This document shows positions 53,128 through 64,000 of a DNA stretch of 64,000 nucleotides, piece by piece. Origin of the DNA: Octopus vulgaris (lineage: Eukaryota). Location of the stretch: the NCBI GenBank assembly GCA_951406725.2, contig OX597828.1:18290001-18354000 (forward strand), read 5' to 3'. Below the pieces are notes generated by a model. It was given only the letters and a program-made list of their open reading frames with translations, did no database searches and had not been told where the DNA came from. Position 1 is the first letter of the stretch. Every line of letters starts with the position of its first letter. A program made the position numbers and the translations under genes.

Positions 53128-53742
53128 CATATGCATATGTCTGCGTATATATATATATATTTTATAGTTATTTACATTTTGCAGATATGCTTTAGCTGCG
53201 GCTTAGTTTTGGTGATCGAATGTTAATTATTTCTTGTTGAAATATGCAAATAAAGCAAAAAAAAACAAAAAAAAAGAAAAGAAAAAGAAAACACATCAGC
53301 AAATTGAATGGTAATGGCGCGCTTTTCTCTGTCCTTTCAGAGTTGATGCAAAGCACTAGTTACACGGCATTAAGCGGATGGAAGTTAAATGTCGCCCTCC
53401 CTACCCCTACCCCATCACCATCTCCACATAATGATTAATTCATATCGAACAAGGTTACACACACTCAGATGACCTGGTATCTATTCTCAGACAGCAAAAC
53501 GCATATCTTTTGTTATTTTCAATGTGTTGAACGCTAGATTTCTTCATAGTTGAGTCCATGGGGATTGTTCTAGGATACGAACCAAGAACTTTCTATGAAG
53601 TCTCTGCAGTGTCCAGAACCTTATAGCGTGGGCATCTGCACCCGCCGTACATTTAATGTACATTTTACAAGATGTGAAATTATATTTTTAAGAAAGAAAA
53701 CATCCAGATTTATTTTTCAAATCATTATTAACTGTCACATAG

Positions 53743-54345
53743 TCGGCAAGCCGGCAGAATCGTTAGCACTCCGGGCAAAATGCTTTGCGGTATTACATCC
53801 ATCTTTGTTCTGAGTTCAAATTCCACCGAGGTCTACTTTGCATGTCATCCTTTTGGGGTCGATAAATTAGGTACTAGGAAAACAGTGGGGTCGACGTAAT
53901 CTATTAGACCCCTCACCATAATTTCAAGCCCTGTGTCTTTAGTAAAAAGAATTGTTATCAGTAACACAGGTGGCGAGCCGGGAGAATCGTTATCAAAGCC
54001 GGACAAAATGCTTAGCCGGAATTGCATTCTGTGATCAAATTCCGCTATGGGTGACTTTGCCTTTCAACCAATCGGGATCGATGAAAAAGTTGCAGTTGAG
54101 CACTGAAGTTAATGTAATCGACTTTCCCCGCAAAAAACAAAAACAAAAAGAACTTGAGCTTTGTTCCTATAATAGAAACTATTCTTAACAATAAGATAGG
54201 AATAATCCTCTCACATTTTGGCACAAGGCCAGCAATTTTGAGGGGTGGGGAGTTTTTCACATCGAGCCTAGTGCTCTCAGCTTAGAAGCTAAATCGGCTT
54301 TGGCGGAGTTTGAACTCAGGTCGTAATGACAGACGCAACGCCACT
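53743..54345. mobile_element. Cluster of degenerate SINE family A copies
   Basis: Two + copies (53743, 53971) and one - copy (~54215-54345) with B box and central motif. Confidence 0.7.
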
Positions 54346-54509
54346 GAGTATTGGACGAGTATTAGAGGCATGGAATAGGGTTTTCTTTTACAATACGGGG
54401 GTACGGAACTTGTTCCTGTTCCGAGTTTACTGGAGAGAAGAATATCCAGTATGGGAGCATCCAATTGAGTATTTATATCCGGCACGTTGTAGGGCACAGC
54501 TGTAAAATA

Positions 54510-54650
54510 CAACAGGATCAGTCAATTATAATTTTCTTCAATATATTCCCCTTTGAGACTCACACACTTATTGCCACGGGCCTTCAGATTTTCTAAGCCC
54601 TTTAAAAGAACTTGGAAGGTTGGGCCCCTAACCGGGCCTTTCGCGATATC
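54510..54650 (-). mobile_element. Mariner transposase C-terminal fragment (different family)
   Basis: Minus-strand GLENLKARGNKCVSLKGEYIEE matches the mariner terminus L..RW.KCV...GEYIE. Confidence 0.65.
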
Positions 54651-54660
54651 TTATATATTA

Positions 54661-55757
54661 GGTGGAAGGGGGACGGGATAAAGTACCTACATCAACTTGC
54701 TATAAACTCTTAATGCAAGTTTTGAAGAGTGCAGTTCGATTTTAACTGTTTTCAAAGCTATATTTTTCAACATATTTTGTTTTATGAGTTCTATAAAGGC
54801 AACAACGTAACAGAAAGTGCGAGGAATATTGATGCAGTATATGGGGATCGGACAATAAGAGTAAGCCAGTGAAAACTGTGGTTCCAGAAATTCCGAGCCG
54901 GAAACTACAGCCTAGAAAATGTGCCCCGTCCTGGAAGATCTGTAGAGCTCGACGAGGAAGGCTTGCAAACCCCGATGGAACAAAATCACATCGCAACTGT
55001 TGAGGAACTAGCAGAGAAGCTTGGATTTGGTCATTCAACCATTCATCGACTCCTGCGTGCAATTGGAAAAGTCAGCAAACTGGGTCCATGGGTTCCTCAC
55101 AAACGCGCAGAAAGTTAATGTGTGCTCTTCTTTACTGTCTCGTTTCACAAATGAACTTGTTTTGGACCGATTCGTGACTCGTAACGAGAAAAAAAATTTC
55201 AAGTGCCGAATAGAGTGGGTAGGGAATGGAGAAACACCGATACTCCAGCCGAAGGAAAGTTTTGCTCTTATCTGTTTGGTGTAATATGAAAGGTTTAGTT
55301 CATTTTGAACTTTTAAACCCAAACCAAAGGATAGTAAAGAAAAACTATTGCGAACAGCTTGAGCGGCTTAAAGCAATGCTAGAAGAAAAACGACCACCCT
55401 TGGTTTTAAAACGAAAGGTGTTCTTCCATCAGGATAATGGCCGGCCACATACAGCGAGGATGACAGTACAAAGGCTAGAGCCGTTTGATTGGAAAACGGT
55501 GCCACCCCACCTCCCATATTTGCCAGACATCGCCCCATCTGATTTTCATTTATTCCGCAGTCTTCAAAATCATTTAGACTGAAAAAATATGAATTCCGTA
55601 GACGAAGTCAGAACAATACAGCCAGAGTATTTTTCGTCACGGATAAGTATATATGAATATGTATATAGATATATATATATATATATATATATCTGTGTAT
55701 CACTCTATCCATCTCTAAATATATAAATGTAGAATTATATGTATATATGCAAGTATG

Positions 55758-55813
<56 letters not shown>

Positions 55814-55889
55814 TGTATGTATATATATATATGTGTATGTATATATATATGTGTATGTATATATATGTGTATGTATATATATATATGTG

Positions 55890-55974
<85 letters not shown>

Positions 55975-56010
55975 GTATATATATATATATATGTGTATAT
56001 ATATATATAT

Positions 56011-56048
<38 letters not shown>

Positions 56049-56049
56049 G

Positions 56050-56097
<48 letters not shown>

Positions 56098-56242
56098 TTG
56101 CAAGTCTACGAGATAGATAGAAGAGCATTGTAGAAAACGAAGGAGAGTATATTTGAAATTAAAAAAAAGAAACTTTGCTTTTCGTAGTTTTGAAAAAGTA
56201 AAAGAAGTTTAAAAATTTGCATTATTTATGGGAAGATCCAAT
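54661..56242 (+). mobile_element. Defective mariner (DD34D) transposon interrupted by a microsatellite at ~55650-56093
   Basis: WFQKFRAGN, PRPGR, WVPH, FHQDNGRPH, PYLPDIAPSDFHLFRSLQN; frameshifts; 3' TIR GCATTATTTATGGGAAGATCCAAT. Confidence 0.93.
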
Positions 56243-56280
56243 TTATATGTATATATATATATATAAGTGTGTGTGTGAGT

Positions 56281-56722
56281 CGGGTCATCCCATAAATAAT
56301 GCAGTTTTTTTTTTTACTTTATTTTTCAGAATTAAGATAAACAAACTTCGAGCTCTACAGATCCTCCGGCAACGGTCTTCTCGGCTGTAGTTCTGGCAAC
56401 ACGCCTGACGCGGGCTTGCGCTTATTGTCCGATTCCCATATACTGCATTAATATTCCTCACACATTCCGATGCGCTGTTGCCTTTATTGAACGCATGAAA
56501 CAAAATATGCTGAATATGCTCCTTTGTCACTTCCATTATAGCTTTGAAAAAATAATTGTTAAAATCGAACTGCACTCCTCAGAACTTGCATTGAGAACAA
56601 GCACAAGGTAAAATTACTGCCTGATTTTATAGCAAGTTGTTGCAGGTAGGTTATTCTGTCGCCCTCTGACTTTTAGTTCATGCAATTTTAAAAAAAAAAC
56701 GCATTATTTATAGATTGACCCT
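56281..56722 (-). mobile_element. Internally deleted mariner of the same family, both TIRs present
   Basis: TIRs GGGTCATCCCATAAATAATGC / GCATTATTTATAGATTGACCC; encodes the N-terminal HTH MEVTKEHIQHILFHAFNKGNSASECVRNINAVYG. Confidence 0.88.
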
Positions 56723-56799
56723 ATATTCACACACACACACACACACGCACACACGCGAACACAACCACATACACACACACACACACACACAAACATATA

Positions 56800-56814
56800 T
56801 ATATATATGCATAT

Positions 56815-56872
<58 letters not shown>

Positions 56873-56899
56873 ATATATATATACATGTATATATATATG

Positions 56900-56934
<35 letters not shown>

Positions 56935-57045
56935 GTATATATATATGTATATATATGTATATATGTATATATATGTATATATATGTATATATATATATGT
57001 ATATATATATATGTATATATATATATGTATATATGTATATATATG

Positions 57046-57080
<35 letters not shown>

Positions 57081-57113
57081 ATATATGTATATATATATAT
57101 ATGTATATATATG

Positions 57114-57148
<35 letters not shown>

Positions 57149-57157
57149 ATATATATG

Positions 57158-57192
<35 letters not shown>

Positions 57193-57275
57193 ATATATAT
57201 ATGTATATATGTATATATATATATGTATATATGTATATATATATATGTATATATATATGTATATATATATATGTA

Positions 57276-57370
<95 letters not shown>

Positions 57371-57429
57371 ATATATATATATATATACATGTATATATAT
57401 ATACATGTATATATATATATATATACATG

Positions 57430-57461
<32 letters not shown>

Positions 57462-57510
57462 CATGTATATATATATACATGTATATATATATATATACAT
57501 GTATATATAT
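56800..57510. repeat. ~700-bp (TA)n/(TATG) microsatellite
   Basis: Direct reading. Confidence 0.95.
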
Positions 57511-58444
57511 AAAGTTGAAATCATAAATAATAAAATAAGATACTCTTCTTTACACTCCGCTAACTGAAACTGTATTCTGTAAACAGAGATGCAGGGGAAA
57601 AAAAATCAAAAGATAGAAAAATCCGCATTGGTCAACGAAGCTTACAAAAGAAAGCATTAAAATATTTAAATGGTAAAAACAATAAATAAAAAAAAAACAG
57701 ATACAAGAATTTCTTTTTGTTTTGTCCTTTTTTGGAGTTTTTATCTCCGTGTTTTTTTTTTTTTGCAAAAAGAAAAATTGAGAAGCCCTAACTGTTTAAA
57801 GAAATACTTGATAGAGAAACCTCACAAGATGCAATGCAACATATACGGTGCTAGTTTGTTTTTTTTTGTATCTGATAAGGACATCACGTGGCTGCTACTG
57901 CTTAGCTGAAGTCTAGAGAGAGAAATACTGTTTATAATTTCAATGAAATATCGCTGACTGAACATAAGATATCGCAAGAACTATGGGGAGGTCGACGAAT
58001 AACTAAATAAATATGTAAATGTAATGAAACGCAAAACACGTTGTCAGCTTCTAGAAAAACAATGAAAGAGAAATTTTCCTTCCGAGAAGTAAAATAGCTT
58101 TAGGTAATATGAGGACGTTGACATCTCTTACTTAAAAATCTTCTTTTCTAATCTGACATTATCAATTTTTAAATGACAAGAAATAACGATGTTGGTAGGT
58201 AAAGCAATGTCTGAACGTACGTTAATGTAATAACATCGCTAGAATTATAACAGAATTTAGCAAACAAAATTCAAGTCAAAGATGCGGTTTTCGTTGTCGT
58301 AACAATGCCAGTAATACATAAAAAAAAAGCTTCATAGTTACTTCAGTATGTTATATTGTCTTTTTTTTTTTTAATTTAGAAACTGCGAGAGAACGTGAAA
58401 CAATTCATTTTTAACTGTTGAACCGACAAGTAATAAGAATAATT

Positions 58445-58677
58445 ATTTCTTTATTGCTCACAATGGAATAAACATAGAAGGGACAACAAAGAAACAGACA
58501 AACGGATTAAGTCGATTACATCGACTCCAGTGCGTAATTAGTACTTATTTAATCGACCCCGAAAGAATGAAAAGCAAAGTCGACCTCGGCGGAATTTGAA
58601 CTCACAACGTAACGGCAGACGAAATACGGCTACGCATTTCGCCCGGCGTGCTAACGTTTCGGCCAGCTCGCCGCCTT
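58445..58677 (-). mobile_element. SINE family A, full length
   Basis: Reverse complement of the consensus including the tail (TTTCTTTATTG...CATAGAAGGGACAA). Confidence 0.9.
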
Positions 58678-59163
58678 AGTAATAAGAATAATGGAGGAAC
58701 AATGTAATAATATCAAACACATGTACTAGTTTTAGTATATTCTCTTTCATTGATACTGACACCGTCACATATCGAGAAGGTCTGTATTAACAGCATCGAT
58801 TTCATGGCTCAAAATAATGCGGTGCTATGTCCTGTGTGATATTTTACGAAGCTGTGTTTGGTGATTGTAGCAAAGGTTGCCGAAACAGCGTCCTTCAGTA
58901 TTCTGGTATTGCTCTTGTGAAACCCTCTCCTGGATAATAGAAGATTAAAACAATATTTACAGATGGTGACAAAACTCTGGAACCATCCTGTACATAAAGC
59001 TTTAAGCAATATAAAAAGTCGAAAGCAGCCTGCGGGACTCGAACTCATATCTTCTCTTATATTACATATTAATTTTTATTTATTAAAGTCAGTGAGACGT
59101 CAGAATCATTGGCAAGCCAGACAAAAAGCATAACAGTTTTTCACCCACCTTTACCTTCTACGT

Positions 59164-59400
59164 GGAGACGCGTGGCTTAGTTGCTAGGATCGTAAGATTG
59201 TGGTTTCGATTCCTGGACCGGGCGACGCGTTGTGTTCTTGAGCAAAACACTTCATTTCACGTTGCTCCAGTCCACTCAGCTGACAAAAATGAGTAACGCT
59301 GCGATGGACTGGCGTCCTGTCCAGCTGGGGAACACATAGGCCATAGAAACCGGGCCCATGAGCCTAGCTAGGCTTTAAAAATGCCACATTTATTTTTATT
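59164..59400 (+). mobile_element. SINE family C, full length
   Basis: GTGGCTTAGTTG, GGTTTCGATTCC, TTCTTGAGCAAAACACTTCATTTCACGTTGCTCCAGTCCACTCAGCTG, ATTT-type tail. Confidence 0.8.
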
Positions 59401-59972
59401 TATATTTTTGTTCCTTCTAAGGACAAATTCAACTGATGCGTTTCATCCTTTCAGAGGCAATAAAATAGGTAACTGTTGAGACCCCAATCCACTTTCTCCA
59501 ATCAATTTGCTGGCCTAGTATAAAAATTTGAAATCATATACAACACACACACACACACATATAGTTTAAAAGTAGGAGAGAATGAGAGTATTAAAAATTA
59601 GAATAAAATCTATTTAAAATTAATTAAAATGTAAATTAAAGATAAAATAATTTTTGTAATTTAGAATGGAATCTATTTATCCCAGCTCACCCACTCCCGG
59701 AAAAATTACCAATGCAAATTTATTCATGCCAAAATTATAGACGGCTCAGTGAGTAAGCTTCTTGGCAGCTAATTGAATTGCAGGAAACAGCAGCCTAACA
59801 TTCTTCCAACTATGATATATCTTCTACAAAGGAAAGAAGGCTGGTCACAGATGGAACGCCTTTCTCTATTGAGCTGCTCCAGCAGAACTGATTTTGCGAT
59901 AATAAAAAACGAAAATACTGATACTAACGTTTAGTATATTGTGTATGTGCACACACATACACAAACACACAC

Positions 59973-60019
<47 letters not shown>

Positions 60020-60023
60020 AATG

Positions 60024-60217
60024 TATAAAGAAGGTGTACACGAAGTACGATCACTGCTAGAAATAACAGCCGGTAAGTTTAAGGCGCTATGTTGGGCTTC
60101 CCTGAACATTTACACATCTCTGCCTGTAAATATTCGGTGAAGCTCTACATAGCGCCGTAAACTCACCGGCTGCTATTTCTAGCAATGATCATACTTCGTG
60201 TATACCTGCTTTCTATA
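60024..60217. repeat. Imperfect ~190-bp palindrome
   Basis: ACACGAAGTACGATCACTGCTAGAAATAACAGCCGGT mirrored by ACCGGCTGCTATTTCTAGCAATGATCATACTTCGTGT; 10-nt spacer at 60115-60124. Confidence 0.85.
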
Positions 60218-60284
60218 TATTAATAAATCTATATGGTGCTTTATTCTTGCTGGATATTAATGTTATTTTAATAATATTTACAGT

Positions 60285-60325
<41 letters not shown>

Positions 60326-60534
60326 GAAGGATGCTACTGCTATTTAGCCCCAGGAAACACCGTTTCCAGTTGGCTACGTGACACAACCGTGCTATTTCCT
60401 TATCTTTTCAAACAGGGGAGATAAACACCTCCACCCAGCAAAGCCAGCTTCCAGAGACTAGTTTCAGAGCTACTCAAATATATGGTTTTTGAGTTTAAGT
60501 ATAAAAATCATTCTGCTTAATCGGCAGTAAAAGG

Positions 60535-60762
60535 GTAAAGCCCCGCTTCAGTCATGAATAACTACGGTAGGGGCACCTAGAAAGATCCCCTCCGAAGTAC
60601 AAGTCCGAGCAAGGTTGTTTATGGAAGACAAGCAGTCGCCCATGCATACTAGCCTCCCTTCTCAACGCCACCAATGTTAACACAGCATACAGCCCGGTCC
60701 GGGAATCGAATTCGCAGCCTCGTGATTCTGAGCACGATGCTCTAACAATTGAGCCATGCGCT
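60535..60762 (-). mobile_element. tRNA-derived SINE family D (single copy)
   Basis: Minus-strand head GCGCATGGCTCAATTGTTAGAGC (A box) and GAATTCGATTCCC (B box) followed by a distinct body. Confidence 0.6.
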
Positions 60763-61114
60763 TTAATCGACAGTACACAAGCTTAAAATATGTAGTTTTT
60801 TTGTCTGTAGCGTTTAAGTAAAAAGATCTTTATCGGTGTACCCAATCATGAATACGTAGTTTTTGTTATTACATTTGAACTGAGAGAAACCTTCGTACGT
60901 TGGCAATCTGCCAAACGTCGGCGTTTCAGATCATTGGTCCCGATTAAGATGTCCCAAAACTTACACAATCTGGTAGGCTCTATAGTTCAGTACGCAATTA
61001 TATAGCAGGTAGAATGTAACTTCAAAATCATGCCAATGTAGATGAAACACAGACGATGTAGTGCTAAAGATGCGATGGGCTTGTCTAAATGTAAAAATAT
61101 ATAAGACATCAAAT

Positions 61115-61782
61115 CGGTGAGCTGACAGAATCGTCAGCACGCCGTTATGTTCTGAGTTCAAATTCCGCTGAGGTCGACTTTGCCTTTCATCCTTTCGGGG
61201 TCGATTAAATATGTATCAGTTTCGCACTGGAGTCGATATAATCGACTTAATCCGTTTATCCGTCCTTGTTTGTCCCCTCTGAGTGTTGCCCCTTGTGAGC
61301 AGTAAAGAAATAAGAACCGTTTGCACGCCGGAGAAAATGCATAATTTCGTATCATTTGTTCCGGCTTTATGTTCTGAGTTGAGATGCTGCCGAGGTCTCC
61401 TTTGCCCTTCATCCGTTCGAGGTCGATACAATAAGTAATAGGTGGGCACCGATATCAATATTATCGAGTAGCCCGCTCCATCAAAAAGTTTATATATTGT
61501 ACCTATAACAGCGCGAAAAAAAATTGTAAGGTGACTGACGGTAACAAGATGAAGGCGGCGAGCTGGCAGAAACGTTAGCACGCCGGGCAAAATGCTTAGC
61601 GGTATTTCGTCTGCGTTACGTTGTGAGTTCAAAATCCGCCGAGGTCGACTTTGCCTTTCATCCTTTCGGGGTCGATAAATTAAGTACCAGTTACGCACTG
61701 GGGTCGATGTAATCGACTTAATACCTATGTCTGTCCTTGTTTGTCCCACTGTGTTTAGCCCCTTGTGGGCAATAAAGAAATA
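61115..61782 (+). mobile_element. Three SINE family A copies, the last near-consensus (61554-61782)
   Basis: Consensus head, B box, central motif and tail TTGTCCCACTGTGTTTAGCCCCTTGTGGGCAATAAAGAAATA. Confidence 0.9.
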
Positions 61783-62480
61783 GGTAACAAGATGAAAGAG
61801 AAAAGAAAATCAGCTAAAGATGGGGAAGAAATTAAGGTTTCAGAAGCTATGAGAAACAAAACTAAGTTATTTAAAGGAATTAATATCTTGGCAATGATAG
61901 TGTTAATGTCGAAATAATCTAAAGCAGTATTCAATGAACCAAAATTGAAATTAATGAAATTGATATTTAAAAAATTAGATATCGACCGGAATTTTCATCA
62001 CGAATCTTCAGTTGTTCAATCAAGTGAACTACATGACTTATTGTATTAGCATATAAGTGACTGAATATTTCAAAGTCAGGTGTACTCTTAACGGAATACT
62101 CAGGCGCAACATGTGTGATACAGCGTGTGAGAAGGCTGGACCCCTGAATTACAGCTATGCTTCCTTCGGCGTTCTTCTAACCAGTGTCCATCAATCCATT
62201 TACACGTATGAGCCATGAATTGATGCGAGGCAATAAAAAAAAAAACAATGACGATGGCTCTAGAATTTAGGTGTCAGGATCGAATCGGTGACCAAATGAT
62301 TGCTAAAGGAACGCCTTAACATATTCGGCCACATTACACCTACAGAAATGAATACACATACAAAAATGGAATGCTAACAAAGCACACAATATGTTATATT
62401 CAAGAAATAGTGTTGGCAGATTGTAGGTAACAAGAAAGCGAACACAAACCAGAGACAACTCAATTCATCCTTTCTCTTAA

Positions 62481-62870
62481 AGCGGCGAGCTGGCAGAATC
62501 GTTAGCACGCCGGACGAAATGCTTAGCGGTAATTCGTCTGCCGCTACGTTCTGGGTTCAAATTCCGCCGAGGTCGACTTTGCCTTTCATCCTTTCGGGGT
62601 CGATTAGATAAGTACCAGTTACGCACTGGAGTCGATATAATCGACTTAATCCGTTTGTCTGTCCTTGTTTGTCCCCTCTGTGTTTAGCCCCTTGTGGGTA
62701 GTAAAGAAATAAGTATTTCGTCTGCCGCTACGTTCTGAGTTCAAATTCCGACTTTGCTTTTCATCCTTTCGGGGTCGATTAATTAAGTACCAGTTGCGCA
62801 CAGGGGTCGATGTAATCGACTTCCCCACTCCCCTCCACAAAAGTTTCGTGCCTTGTGCCCAGAGTAGAAA
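62481..62870 (+). mobile_element. SINE family A with partial tandem duplicate
   Basis: Near-consensus copy followed by a restart at GTATTTCGTCTGCCGCTACG. Confidence 0.9.
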
Positions 62871-63019
62871 AGGTTATTACAACTATAAACGTTTCATGAT
62901 TTCATATTGTGTTATGCTTCCTTTTTGTTGTCTTCCTTTTCTTTTCATAACGGCAGTTTGTAATTTGAGGGCGATTTGACTGCTGTTACTAGCCGTCAGT
63001 GGTTAGTCCATATTACCTC

Positions 63020-63226
63020 ATGAGGAGTTTCTCTAGCGTATATATTCCTCCCTAGATGGGAGGCCGGTGCGTTGCAGGATTACTCCTTTCTCCAAGCTGA
63101 GTGAACTGGAGCAACGTGAAATGAACTGTCTTGCTCAAGAACACGACGCATCGCTCTGTCCAGGAATCGAAACTACAATCTTACAATCATTTATCCAACA
63201 CCCAACCAGTAAGCCACACGCCTTCA
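63020..63226 (-). mobile_element. SINE family C
   Basis: AGCTGAGTGAACTGGAGCAACGTGAAATGAACTGTCTTGCTCAAGAACAC...GGAATCGAAAC. Confidence 0.78.
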
Positions 63227-64000
63227 CATATCTGGTCACCCTGACTATCTGTCAGGTTGACCAGATATGAACACAGGCATTCTAAATGGTTGCTAATAAA
63301 ATAACGAAAACAAATGTGCAGTGATGGGAAATTGGGAAGAAAAGGTGGCACACGGTTCGTTTGCTATGCAAAGAGAAAACACTCGCAGAAGAGAGGACTT
63401 AATCTTGTTGGCGAAAAACTCATTACTTCGTACGCGTAACTAAATATTTCAATTATTTTGCAAATCATTCAATAATCCAACCAAGAACAATCATAGCAGA
63501 AAACTCCTGGGTTGTCGTCGGTGAAACAAGAAACAGCTTTGAAATACTGAAAACAGTGTCAGCAGAATTCGCAGGAAATTTTTGATAACAACATTTGTAC
63601 TGATTCTCAGGAAAACAGAAACAGAGACTATGGTGACAGCTACACACTAATGGAGTTACTAGTTAACCTTCTGAAAGCGAAAAACGGATATTTGCACTCA
63701 AAATTGCATTACCGTTAACTGCAAAAAGCGCCTGTAGCAAAAGGCTTTTAGAAAATGTCACCTTAGTCTACTGAAAGTAGAGATAACCCAGTGATGTATT
63801 TAATTAAAGACAATTCTTCAGATTTACTTAAATTCTTTTCAAATATCTCTTTAGGGTAAGCCAATCTACTCAGATTGGTTTACCCTTAAAACTCCGACCT
63901 GAAGTGCAAAAGGGAATGAGGTGTTGAAATTGCCTATCCAAGGTGGCTACAAATCATATACAATTATCTCTTTTAGAGGGCAAGAATTAAATACTTTTAG

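Noticed and set aside
54875-54905. WFQ motif suggesting a homeobox helix 3
   Set aside because: It reads WFQKFRAGN and belongs to the mariner transposase HTH.

Overview
AT-rich, microsatellite-saturated eukaryotic non-coding DNA. The repeat repertoire suggests a mollusc, most likely an octopus (inference). I found no credible protein-coding host exon; almost all listed ORFs are simple-repeat artefacts. The window holds dozens of tRNA-derived SINE copies from about four families, a 5S rRNA pseudogene, and decayed retrotransposon fragments (two Tx1/L1, one RLE-type, one RTE, one probable Penelope-like). It also holds mariner remnants, MITEs and several long palindromes. The most interesting signal is a family of non-autonomous inverted-repeat elements (5398-6039, 8618-9023). 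These combine a tRNA-like Pol III head, an (AAT)n spacer, a minimal type I hammerhead-ribozyme motif and a Penelope-like one-sided ~30-nt tail. Further unrelated hammerhead-like motifs are scattered through the window. A second clear signal is a 3' tail shared between the dominant SINE and a Tx1-like LINE inserted in a (GATA)n tract. All calls were made by eye, and boundaries of degenerate repeats are approximate.
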